A stretch of DNA of 64,000 nt, taken from Chrysomallon squamiferum. Taxonomy: Eukaryota > Animalia > Mollusca. A model generated the notes under the pieces. That model worked only from the letters and a program-made list of their open reading frames with translations, did no database searches and was not told where the DNA came from. A program made the position numbers and the translations under genes. Shown here piece by piece: positions 46,402 through 57,532 of the stretch (position 1 is the first letter of the stretch; each line of letters starts with the position of its first letter). Location of the stretch: positions 4,712,001-4,776,000 of the forward strand of contig CM022676.1 of NCBI GenBank assembly GCA_012295275.1. The letters are read 5' to 3'.

Positions 46402-47615
46402 AAAAAGAAATTATCACAAACCTTAGCCAGAGCTCTCATTAGGGGTTCATTATCTTGCATTCGACCAGCAGTATCTATCAGAACCACATCAATATGCATG
46501 TCACGGGCTGAAAGTAAAGACAAGCAGCCATTGGTTAAAAATGTCAAAATAATAAAATTAAATTAAATGTAATAATAAAATGAAACAAAAATGAAAAACA
46601 TGTATAAAATTAAATAAAATAATGACGTAAAACAACACAAAATGTAAATATTTGCTGAAACAATAAATACATCTAATTCTTTTTCTTTTTTAAAAAAACT
46701 GACTTGTTGGTTTCATAATAATGAAGAAACAGAATGACACAATTTAAATTTGTATCAGATTATTTTTCTATTAATTTTATTTATTATTATTTTATCAGTA
46801 TTAATGTTTCTCTTTTTATACTTTTTATTTTTTTTTTTTTTTAGTAGTTTTAGGTTATCCCATTTCTGTGTAAACTATAACCATCACAAGAAAAAAGAAT
46901 GAATATTGCCAGTTCCACATTTCATCATTCATAAGTTTCTCATTTTTTTTTTTTTTTTTTTAGTAAACTTTATTATTATTAAAGACTGGTTTTCAGTAAC
47001 AAATATAGAAACAAGTATTTACGTTACTTTTTTTACCATAAAAATAATAATAATGATGAAAATAATAATATTAACCATAACAGCAACAACAACAACAACA
47101 ACAACATGTTCCATACCATAATTAATTGCTTCCATAGCAATCCCTGCAGCATCTTTCCCGTAACCTTTCTCATACAGCTGTACCACCTGCCTCCCCCATG
47201 TTTGTCTGGTGGGTGGAGGGCATTCAGTTTCTGGGTGTGGGTCCTCAGCTGCTCCACAGCACCCGCCCGGAATGTGTCACAGGCTGCAATGAGAACACTG
47301 AATCCGTTCTCTATGAGCCAGAAACACACCTGTAACAGGTAAAAATAACGATGAAGATAAAAACAAAATAAAAATAATAGTAATAATCACAGGCTGCGAT
47401 AAGAACACTGAATCCGTTCTCTATGAGCCAGAAACACACCTGTAACAGGTAAAAAATAATGATGATGATGATGATGATGATGATACAAAAACAATAAAGA
47501 TAACAGTAATAATCACAATAATAATCTGTTCTTAATGAGCCAGAAACATACCTGTTATTAATAATAATAATAGTAGTAGTAGTAGTAGTAGTAGTGATAA
47601 TAGTAGTTATAATAA

Positions 47616-47650
<35 letters not shown>

Positions 47651-49596
47651 ATAATAGTAGTTATAATAATAATAGTAGTAGTAGTATTAGTAGTAGTTAT
47701 AATAATAATAATAGTAGTAGAAGTAGAACTTAGAACAATAATAATAGTAGTAGTAGTAGTAGTTATAATAATAATAGTAGTAGAAGTAGAACTTAGAACA
47801 ATAATAATAACAGTAGTAGTGTTCATAATAATAATAACAATAATAATGAGTGATAATGAAAATAATTGTGATACTGATGACAATAATAATTACCATAATT
47901 ATGATCATTTTGATAAAAACACAAAATAGAATAATATTAAAAGTTATATAATAACGATGATGACTATGATAACAACAACAATGATGTAATTATAATAATT
48001 AATAAAATTAATAATAATATTACAGATGTAATTAAAGAAATAATAACACAAATAATAACCATGCTATTAACAATTATAATAAAAAAAAAAAAAACTGAAA
48101 TAACAATACAACATTAATACTGAAAATTATCAAATAAATTTATGATTAGTAAAACATCAACCATATTTCTTTAATTAACTTGTTAATACAATTTACCTGC
48201 TGGACACATTTATTTATTTTATTTCACAATAACAAATCTATCACTTCAACTCGACACAAATCTATTTTTTTATTTTTAAAAATCCCTCCATACCTTTGCC
48301 AGATTTGTCGACTTGCCAACACCGTTCACACCACAAAACGTAACAGTGTAGGGGCGATGCTGTTGCTTCGCTTCCATGGCATCTCGAAGAATGTCCACGC
48401 GTCGCCGTGGCGACAGGATCTGGACACAGGAGTCTTGTAGAGTCGTTTTGACAGTCGATGTGATGCCTGAAAAATAAAAATAAAAATAAAACTTTCACTG
48501 AAACAAACTGACAACCTCTTGTGATTTGGTAATTAAGAGTTAGAAAGAAAAATTCTGAAAGTGTTTCTGTGGTTTAGAGCGTTTGCTTGGGATGTGGGGA
48601 GATGCAGGATCAAGACTATTCAGGGGGGGTGACAGTGAGCAATTTTCCCGTTCCAGTCACAGCTTGAAGACTGAAGCCTCTTTTTTTCGTGTTTATGAGA
48701 AGGTACTGTTAACTTTGAAATTGTTTATAACTGTGATATTAATGCAAAAAAGACAGAGTGAAATGATTCTTTATTTAACAAACAGAAAAACATTTTTAAA
48801 CTATTGAAAATATATATTATTTAAGAATAATATAGAGCATAAAACATTTTTTTATACTACAACAAGTGTTGTACATATTATTTAGGATCAGACAAGCCAC
48901 ACATTTTTTTTTTTTTTTTCCATCATTAATAAGTGTTTACATTTTATTTAAGAATAAAACATTTCTTTAATAAAATAAATGGTGTATATATATATATATA
49001 CACATATATATAATATTATTTAAAATTTACATGAAAATTCACATCAGTAATATAATGTATTTATGTTGCATACACATACAACTGTTCATTTCATTCATGT
49101 CTCTGTTAATTCTGTTATTAAAGTAATTGTTATATTTAAAGTAAAAAAAAAAAAAAATAAAATAAAATAAATAAGTAACACACTAACTTCCAAATGTCCC
49201 AAGAACTTTTCCTTCAAGTTTGGCTCCAACTGATTGACAAAGATTTTCAGCTATGTTTGTGGCAACATTTTTACCTAAAATTCAAATAAATAATAATTAT
49301 ATCGAAAAAAAAAAAAAAGATGATTATTCTGAAAAAGAAAAAGATAGTTACTAATGCATGATCAGAGAATAGAAGTTATAAAAAAAGATGTTAATATGAC
49401 GTTTATATGTTTATATAAGGAATAATTTAGTTATGGGAAGGAGTGTTTAGGACATATATTCACTCACAGAGACAGACACCTTTTGTTTCACAAGCATAAT
49501 TAATTATAAAATATGGTTATAAACAATTTTTATTACAATAATTATAAGTAGACAGCATTACTTAACAGACCTACACACAAACACAAAGAGACAGAC

Positions 49597-49664
<68 letters not shown>

Positions 49665-50079
49665 AGAAAAAGAAAGACACAAACACAGACAGACAGAGAA
49701 AGAGAGATACAGACAAAGACAAAAACCATGACTTAATAAATGTCTACCATTCATCATCCATGACAGATTTTTTACCTAATGATCTTATTGTTAAAAAAAC
49801 AAAAGTGGTTCACTATAAAATAAAATAAACAGCCATACATAAACACTGACATACAGACAGACAGGCAGAAAAAAAAAGGAAACAAAGGCTAGAACTGACC
49901 AACAAGATGGTCTTTCATCTTGTCCAGGGCTGGCTGCAGATCTTCATTAGTCAAAGTTTTTGATCCCACAAGATTTTTGAACATGGAGAACACACCAAAA
50001 CTCGAAGTCTTGGAGGAACTATAAAATGAAATGAAATAATTAAATAAGTAAATATAAAAAAAAAACACTTATAAATTTA

Positions 50080-50119
<40 letters not shown>

Positions 50120-52734
50120 TAAAAATTTAAATAGAATATAAAACCAATAAAAAAAAATTAATAAAAATAAATAAATAAATAAAATCAATTTATAAAATAA
50201 ATAAATAAGTAGATTGTTTTCTTTAGCTTCAGTAAAATTTAAAACACTGATTAATTAAGTTTCGTTGGCTATTTGTTGGAACATAAAGAACCTGCTTCAT
50301 GAAGATAATATTTTATTTAAAAACACCAATATAACCCAGTAAATTATATTTTATCATTAGCTACCAGATGTCAAACATGTCATTAATATGTACACTTTAA
50401 ATAATTTTCTATAATCAGCTTTTCAACATATTACATTGACGGCCATTTTGTAAATTCCAGACTTAGAGTTATTACCCTTTGTTACTCTTCTTGTCGACTT
50501 CCTGTTCTTCTTCAATTTCCTCCTCTTCTTCCTCCTCACTGCTGCTCTCTGGCTCAATGTCCTTCAGCTGTCCACTCATCTGTCCAACTTGGGTCAGCTG
50601 GGATAAGAAAGAGAACAAAATATATATTCTGGCAATAAAGTACAGTCTCAGTTAAAATTATTTGCCAGAGGATATATAAATATTTATTTAAAAAATTGTA
50701 AAAAATAAAAAAAAGATTGAAAGAAAAAGAAAACAAAAAGAAAGAAGGAAAGAAAAGTTGTAATTTTTGTATATATAAAGTACTGGAAAGGTCAAAAGAG
50801 AAATAGTCAGCTAGATAGGCAGAGAAATAAAAGTGACTGGAATAAAGACAGTTCTATTGTTTTATTTACATATAATACCAAATATTTGAGACAGACAGAC
50901 AGACAGACATACACACAGATTAACAGAGACATAGAGGTAGTTGATTGCAGAATCTGTATGAATGAATGAAAGAACAAGTAAATTAATGAATGAGAAAAAA
51001 TATATATACAAGTCCTGATTCATTTAATTGACATTTGTTTTACTATCATCAGCCTATTTCAGTATATTTGTTGTTACTAAATAATGAAGATAAAAGGTAA
51101 ATGATGTCCAGACTTCACCAAACAGATGACAAAGTGGAAAAATCTCATTATGTAACATTCATTAAAAAGGAATGATCCAGTTATCAACCAAGCCATTCAG
51201 GAAGAATGATCTAGTTATCAACCAAGCCATTCAGGAAGAATGATCCAGTTATCAACCAAGCCATTCAGGAAGAATGATCCAGTTATCAACCAAGCCATTC
51301 AGGAGGAATGATCCAGTTATCAACCAAGCCATTATCAACCAAGCCATTCAGGAAGTTCACCACAACCAAGCCATTCAGGAGGTCAAGATCGTCCATAATG
51401 GACTATGTTACAACTATACACCTTTGATAACCACAGAAAAAATACAACAAATAATCATTGATGCAATTACCTCAGCCTGGGTAGGAGTTCCATCTTTGGT
51501 GCCCCTCATCTTGTCTGCATCCCCCCCACCGCTGAAATCAAGCTCGATGGCATCCTTGTTGCTGCCAGATACCCCCCAGACTCTCTTCGCTTTCCCCTTC
51601 CTTTTCTCAATCTCAGGACTCTTCCTGAAATAGCGGTTAAGAGTCTGTGAGATTAATTACACGGTTAATTAAATTTCAAATAACTATTAACGATGAATCT
51701 GCGATTCGGTACCAAATTGTGAAATGAGAAGGAGAGAAAACAATAGTTCTTGAGCATGTAATTGTAAATATTTTTGAATTGTAAAAATGTTCAAGAAGAA
51801 TGAAGATTCTGTTTTATTTTATCTTTTTGACTTTATTATTAATAAAGGCTGATAGCCATTAATTAGGAATACAAATATGCTTAATGATACTTTAACACAT
51901 TTCAACATTAGAGACAGAGTGAGCGAGATGGGTTAGAGAGAGGGTAGGGGAGACAGAGAGAGAGAAATACTTAGAAATATAATAAATTAAGAGTATTTAG
52001 ATTACCAGTTTTTGCAACCACAAAGGCATCTTAAAGTCTTTACTTTATTCTGTCATAAATTTCGAGAAATTCTGACAAAGAAATTTTATTCCAAACAAAA
52101 AAGAAACATCATTAAAAAGAACTCAATTCAGAGAAAACCCAAAATAATTAAGAAATTTATTTTAAAAATTCACCCTGGTGATTTGGAAACTTTTTTTCCT
52201 CGGTTGAAGAACTTTTCCCGGTTTCTCATAATGGTCGCATCATCCAGTTCGCCATTGGTTAAAGGTTTTTCGGGTTCGGTTTTCTGAGGGGGTGCCTCAA
52301 TGACAGTTTCTAAACAAAAACAAAATTAAAAGATGTAAATAAATAAATAATTTGGATTAAGAAATATTGCTGTTCTCTGTCTGTACATACATATGTGTGG
52401 ATGTGTGCATGCATGTATATACACAGACACACTCATATATATATGCACACACACATTAAAATATACATTACGTGGGCTAATATAATATATTTGTTTTTAA
52501 AACATAATATAATTTATTTGTTTTAAAAAATTTCAGGATATATTTTACACATAATTTCAGGATATATTTTACACATAATTTCAGTACATATTTTACATAA
52601 AATTTCAGGATATATTTTACAAACAGCTGTTACGATAGTTGCTTTTTTTTATTATTACATTTTTTTTAATCATTACAAATACACTGTCTAAAAATCAAAT
52701 GCTTTTAAGTGTTGTTATTTTATATATAATTTGT

Positions 52735-52776
<42 letters not shown>

Positions 52777-53244
52777 CACTTGTTATATATAAAAATATCT
52801 TGTTATTATATAAAAATAACATGTTACTATATATAAAGATATTAAAACTGTTCATACTGGTTTACATAAAATATGGTACACTTATCTCTCACAATGATCT
52901 CATCTGTGCACACAATTTTGTAAAAAAAAAAAAAAAAAATCAATGACATGGTTTGCCCAACAGGCATCACTACAAAATATCAAAACTGTTTTTAATTAAT
53001 GTTCTGTGCTCAGCTTTCCATACTGAACCATTTTGTTTTTTGTTAGACTCAACACTTGTTAATTTGATCCAGAACAAGACAGTGATAATATAATATAATA
53101 TATAAAAAAATAACACAATACAACATATACAACAGTACAGTAGCTAAGAAAGTAGCAGCACCAGCAGCAATAGCAGTAGTGGTAGTGGTAGTAGTAGTAC
53201 TAGTATGAGTAGTTGTAGTAGTAGTAGAAGTAGTAGCAGGAGGC

Positions 53245-53276
<32 letters not shown>

Positions 53277-56200
53277 CAGGCATGTATTTTATCCTCATTA
53301 ATAAAAGGTAGATTTTTATTAGATTATATCGAATGTGTTCCCATTTAATTTTATAATATCAGAAGGTTCTAACCTGAGTGAGATTGGGATTAATATAAAT
53401 TCAGTATTTATTAGAATGTGTCTTCCAAATGAATTTAAACAGAATGACCAACAATTTCATTTAAAATAAAAATAACAGGTATATTCAATTCAGTCTTGTA
53501 ATAATAATAATAATAATAAAGTCTTTCATTTTGATTTAAATAATGTTAAAAAATATCCACATTAATTACTGATTTTTTTTATTCTGGTTTTTATAAAATT
53601 TATTTGGACATGTTTCAATGTTTTCAGATAAAACCTTTAACAGACAGATACATGGCTTTTTGACAAAGATAAACTCAAATATGTGGCCTTTTCACAAACA
53701 TAAACTCAAACATTTAGCATTTTCACAAACATAAACTCAAATACATGGCTTTTTCACAAACATAAACTCAAACATTTGGCATTTTCACAAACATAAACTC
53801 AAATACGTGGCTTTCTCACAAACACAAACTGAAATATGTGGCTTTTTGATAAAAATAAACTCAAATACGTGGCTTTTTCACAAACACAAACTGAAATACC
53901 TGGCTTTTTCACAAATATAAAAATAAATGCATGACCAGTTCACGTATATGTTTCTGAATTTAGACCAGCTTAAATATGATACGAATTACACTACCTTCTA
54001 GCAAGATTCGTAGTCACACACGTTTATAACTAATTTTACTACTCAACTACCATTTACATATAAAACTTCTACCTTTTGGGGTTTTGTTTTCCTTCCCTTT
54101 CGATGGTGCTGCTTTGGTTTTTGATGATGACTTCTTTTCGTCTTTCTTGTTGGTAATCATGGAGGCTACAGTTTTCTTCGATTTCTTTGATTCTTCAAAT
54201 GTCATCATCGGTCTAATGAACAACAAAATTAAAAATTAAAAATTAAAAATTAAAAAAATAGATAAATATTAAAAATAAGTACAAATGCAAATGAAGATTC
54301 ACTACTATGTTTCAACAGATTGAATTGACTGTTCTGTAATGTGCCTAGAAATATAATTATTAAAATGAAGCACAAACCCAAAATGACATTCAGACATTAG
54401 TAATTAGATACAGCTTTTGATGAGGATTCAGAAAGATTCTCTGCACATACAAACTGGAATATATGAACCTACAATTTTTTTTTTTTTTTTATTAATTTTT
54501 TTTATTTTTTTAAATATTAATTTCTTCTAAATATTTTCTGGTACACGTGACAACTCTCTATCGCCAGTTGGAACAGGAAAAAAAAACCTTGGTTTTTGTG
54601 CCTCCATCTTGCTCCTCGTTTCTGCCTCCTTGAGCATCTTGTTAAATGTCTCAGTGAAGTTGTAATTCCGACAGACGTTACTCTGTTGTAAATCATCTTT
54701 GTACTTATCTCTGAACTCCAGCTGTATATCACTCAAAAACTTGTCTATATACGACAGTTGTAGAATCTTTTGATACGCTACCTGAAAACACAGATTTATA
54801 AATGAGCAGCTGAGAACCACAGTGGTGTAAACCACACAAAAAAAAAAAACAAAATTATATTGTATCTTATTAATATAATGAAAGATACTAAAATACCCTT
54901 CTGTGACAGAATGATTAAACACATGACAGTCACATTTAAGGTTTAGCTATATTATTTAGTAAATATAACTGGAAAAAATATTATTAATTATTTGCAGAAA
55001 AAAAGGGAAAAAAGAAATATGAGTTGATCAAAAATGTTTATAGAAAATGAGAATATAGAATTAAAATTAATTAGCAAATCACTTTCAGACAAAAACAAAA
55101 ATTAATAATATTTAACTAATATGATTTATAAATATCATAGGTGGAAAGTATATTACTTAAAATACAAAAAACAAATGTTACCAATTATTTTTAACATGCA
55201 ATAAATGAATAATTCAACACTTAAACAAAGGTGGACAATGAATAGCCTGTGATTTGTCAGGCTAACTGTAATTTGTAGATGTTAAAACAGTTGTAACTGT
55301 GTTTTCTTCTTCTTCTTTTTTTTTTGTCTGGTTTTTTTTGTGTATGTGTCTGTTTGAGGGTTTTTTTTAAAATTAGTTCAATGTAATAATGTAAATACAT
55401 ATAATATTAATGTATACAAAAAAGTTATAACATGAGGATAAACAATAAAGCAAAAACATTTATTTCCACTGTGAAAAAAAAACAATAAAAAAATGATTTG
55501 CAAAAATTACCACATAATTAAAAATTTAACTTACTACAAACACCAACTCAAACTCATTATCAAGTTTGTATTTCAGTGTCAGTTGTTCATGAGTGAATGA
55601 GTTACTCCCACTTCGCTCCTAAAAATATAAAAAATATAAAAAATAAATAAAAACATTCCAAGAGTTTTAGTATGAATGAATTCATCTATATAATGTATTA
55701 TATATACCTAACATATATTAATAAAACAAATTTTTCAGGGTATATCAAAAGTGAATTAAATATTACTATCAGGAAATATTTCTTAAACAGCGAGATTGCC
55801 TATTACAGCTGACCATAAACCCAAGTTCTAGACCGGACTTTAAACCTAAACTAAATATTAAAATAATGTAATATTTAATGGAATGGACTAATTTTTTACT
55901 TAATTCTATCTAATATAAATAATATATTTATTTGTTTAACTTAATGTTTGTTTAAAATTGATTTGATTTATAAATCAGTAATCTTTCATGATTCATCCAG
56001 TGTTTAATGTAACTGTAATATAATCGTGTATCTCGTGAACGTCAAACATTTTTTTTACATTTATTTATATTTACATCAATTATGTTGATGTTATACTGAA
56101 CGCCAGAATCCTTACAAACCCAGATTTAAGACCCGGTAGTAGAAAAGTATCTTTGAAAAATATGATTTTATTTTCATTATTTATCACAGATGTTCTCGAT

Positions 56201-56347
56201 TAACCGGCTCGTTCTCGATATTTTTCTCACCTGCAAAATGACGCTTTTAATCAAAGCGTTAACCGAAGGTGTAAAAAGCTGAGATGTTCCCTGGAAACAC
56301 CACAAAACAATCCCACCTTTACTAAAAATTGAAAAAAAGTCTAACAT
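45119..56347 (-). CDS. SRPRA: Signal recognition particle receptor subunit alpha, 14 coding exons, about 642 aa (whole CDS span)
   Basis: Hand-spliced with GT-AG introns and matching phases. N-terminal longin/SRX domain ([18 protein letters not shown]), charged linker, then the NG GTPase domain with G1 [25 protein letters not shown]3 DTAGR, G4 TKFD and C-terminal GTGQTY.DL..LNAKAVV. One 1-nt discrepancy in exon 11. Confidence 0.96.
45531..45707 (-). CDS. SRPRA: SRPRA exon 13 ([26 protein letters not shown]...[10 protein letters not shown])
   Basis: 177 nt, G4 motif, AG/GT boundaries. Confidence 0.94.
46422..46507 (-). CDS. SRPRA: SRPRA exon 12 ([23 protein letters not shown])
   Basis: tttcag acceptor, AAG|GTTTGT donor, 86 nt, G3 motif. 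Confidence 0.94.
47117..47329 (-). CDS. SRPRA: SRPRA exon 11 ([28 protein letters not shown]...[19 protein letters not shown]); apparent 1-nt deletion
   Basis: 213 nt where phase requires 214. The reading frame shifts at the G5 run (47193-47197). Confidence 0.88.
48294..48466 (-). CDS. SRPRA: SRPRA exon 10 (P-loop [13 protein letters not shown])
   Basis: tttcag acceptor, AAG|GTATGG donor, 173 nt. Confidence 0.94.
48569..48663 (+). mobile_element. tRNA-derived SINE head fragment in SRPRA intron 9
   Basis: GTGGTTTAGAGCG (A-box-like) ..GGGATGTGG..GCAGGATCAA (B-box-like) ..TTTTCCCGTTCCAG. Shares motifs with 12610-12669 and 36241-36517. Confidence 0.5.
49188..49274 (-). CDS. SRPRA: SRPRA exon 9 ([27 protein letters not shown])
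   Basis: ttttag acceptor, A|GTTAGT donor, 87 nt. Confidence 0.9.
49900..50018 (-). CDS. SRPRA: SRPRA exon 8 (...[16 protein letters not shown]...MKDHLV)
   Basis: tatag acceptor, G|GTCAGT donor, 119 nt, start of the N domain. Confidence 0.9.
50476..50597 (-). CDS. SRPRA: SRPRA exon 7 (acidic linker, ...[21 protein letters not shown]...)
   Basis: cccag acceptor, GG|GTAATA donor, 122 nt. Confidence 0.85.
51171..51380. repeat. 34-bp minisatellite in SRPRA intron 6
   Basis: AATGATCCAGTTATCAACCAAGCCATTCAGGAAG, about 5 near-identical copies plus partial copies. Confidence 0.92.
51471..51624 (-). CDS. SRPRA: SRPRA exon 6 ([17 protein letters not shown]...ELDFS...)
   Basis: tttcag acceptor, GAG|GTAATT donor, 154 nt, conserved K..RVW and LDFS motifs. 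Confidence 0.88.
52174..52309 (-). CDS. SRPRA: SRPRA exon 5 (linker, ...[12 protein letters not shown]...)
   Basis: tttag acceptor, GG|GTGAAT donor, 136 nt, phases fit. Confidence 0.82.
52528..52622. repeat. 24-bp tandem repeat, 4 copies
   Basis: AATTTCAGGATATATTTTACACAT units. Confidence 0.8.
53648..53925. repeat. 31-bp minisatellite in SRPRA intron 4
   Basis: CACAAACATAAACTCAAATACGTGGCTTTTT-like units, about 9 copies. Confidence 0.88.
54073..54212 (-). CDS. SRPRA: SRPRA exon 4 ([19 protein letters not shown]...)
   Basis: AG/GT boundaries; 140 nt; conserved M..FE.S.K.KK.V.SMI. Confidence 0.88.
54588..54781 (-). CDS. SRPRA: SRPRA exon 3 ([16 protein letters not shown]...AQKPR)
   Basis: ttttcag acceptor; weak AG|GTTTTT donor; 194 nt; phase matches exon 4. 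Confidence 0.85.
55535..55618 (-). CDS. SRPRA: SRPRA exon 2 ([28 protein letters not shown])
   Basis: tttttag acceptor, GTAAGT donor, 84 nt, conserved LKYKLDN.FELVFV. Confidence 0.93.
56231..56347 (-). CDS. SRPRA: SRPRA exon 1 ([12 protein letters not shown]...SVILQ)
   Basis: ATG at 56347; donor CAG|GTGAGA; 117 nt. Confidence 0.93.
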
Positions 56348-57500
56348 CTTGTTGCTTGTTGATGTTTCGTTTTCTAAACACGCGTTTCCGTCTGATATAC
56401 GGAAGTGACGTATCGGAGATATTTCTGGCAAATTACGAGATCAATTACCGTAATTTATAAAAAAAATTACAGATATCGCAAAATAATTATGTCGTGTTAA
56501 TTTTAGATTGATTTTTAAATAATTGCATGAATGAGCAAACTGATAATATAAATAGGTATATGTATGCACAACAACATTCATTTAATTAGATAAAAAAAAA
56601 ACGAAAGAAAAGTTTCACTTAACGAGACAATAATATTTGTATTTGTTTTTGTCTTTCCATAGTCATATGCCAATGATATAAATCTGGCATATTCACGGGG
56701 AGCGGATTAATGCATTTTTCCAGAGACTATATATTATTATTTTTATTTTATCTTGTTTATTTTATAAACCAGACATTGCTTACAGATTAAAGAAGGGAAC
56801 AGTATTATGGGATCACTGAATAGCTGAACGTAGACTTAACATCCAACCATAATTACACCGACAAAAAAATATAATTATATAATACAATAATTATTATCTT
56901 CTGACCAGAATTAACATTACAATTCAATATTTGTAACAATATAATGTAAAAGAAAATACAGGTACATATTTAATATAATTGTGTATGAAAAGGTAGCAAA
57001 TTGTGGTAACATAACATTATCTTTATGGGTATTTATAGAGTTAAATATGGTCCTTGTTAATGTTTATTTATATAAAGTTTCAAAAAGTTGTGACACCAAT
57101 CAAAAAATTTAGTTTTTTGCATAGCATACGGTAAGAAAAAGTACCACTTTTCTTGAAACTGTTAGAGATGCCTTGCTTTATAACGTCAATTACATGTCCG
57201 CAGTAGGAAATAGTGCTAAGGGTGACTTGCTTAAGTACCATACCTTCAGTCCAATAACAATTAGAAATCTTCCCTGATAACTAATGTGATAACAAGCAAC
57301 AGCAATGTTGAGCGTTTAATATACTACATCTACAGGTTTTGTGAGGTTCATTCCATATGTTAGCGTTATGTTAATGCGCACCAGCTATCCGCCATCTTTG
57401 TCACATGTTCATTTTTCCATCTCACATGACCTGTTGTTTGGCCCCGTGATCAAGCTTGCTTTATTTCCTGGCAAATTCAAACATCAATCAAAAAAGTCAC
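56348..57500. promoter_or_regulatory. Divergent (head-to-head) SRPRA/USF promoter interval
   Basis: 1153 nt between the two ATGs. ETS-CRE-like composite CGGAAGTGACGTA (56400-56412), YY1 motif CCGCCATCTT (57389-57398), CACATG E-boxes near the USF start, and local recovery of CpG. Confidence 0.7.
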
Positions 57501-57532
57501 ATGGATATGCTAGATCAGACTCTAGATTCCAG
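57501..57532 (+). CDS. USF: USF exon 1, coding part (MDMLDQTLDSS)
   Basis: ATG at 57501; AG|GTATAT donor; phase 2 fits exon 2. Confidence 0.82.

Noticed and set aside
47330-47556. Idea that the duplicated exon-11 acceptors rescue the SRPRA frameshift
   Set aside because: Reading from 47439 hits a stop at 47311-47313, reading from 47551 stops within 13 codons, and a 49-nt mini-exon (47439-47391) spliced to exon 11 meets TGA before the G-run.
51274-51633. Plus-strand ORFs at 51274, 52012, 48180 and 47106
   Set aside because: Antisense shadows of SRPRA exons, plus minisatellite sequence.
56348-56431. 28-aa N-terminal extension of SRPRA in the ORF track
   Set aside because: It starts at a non-ATG codon (TTG). 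The conserved N-terminus is MLDFF at 56347, and the extension overlaps promoter motifs.
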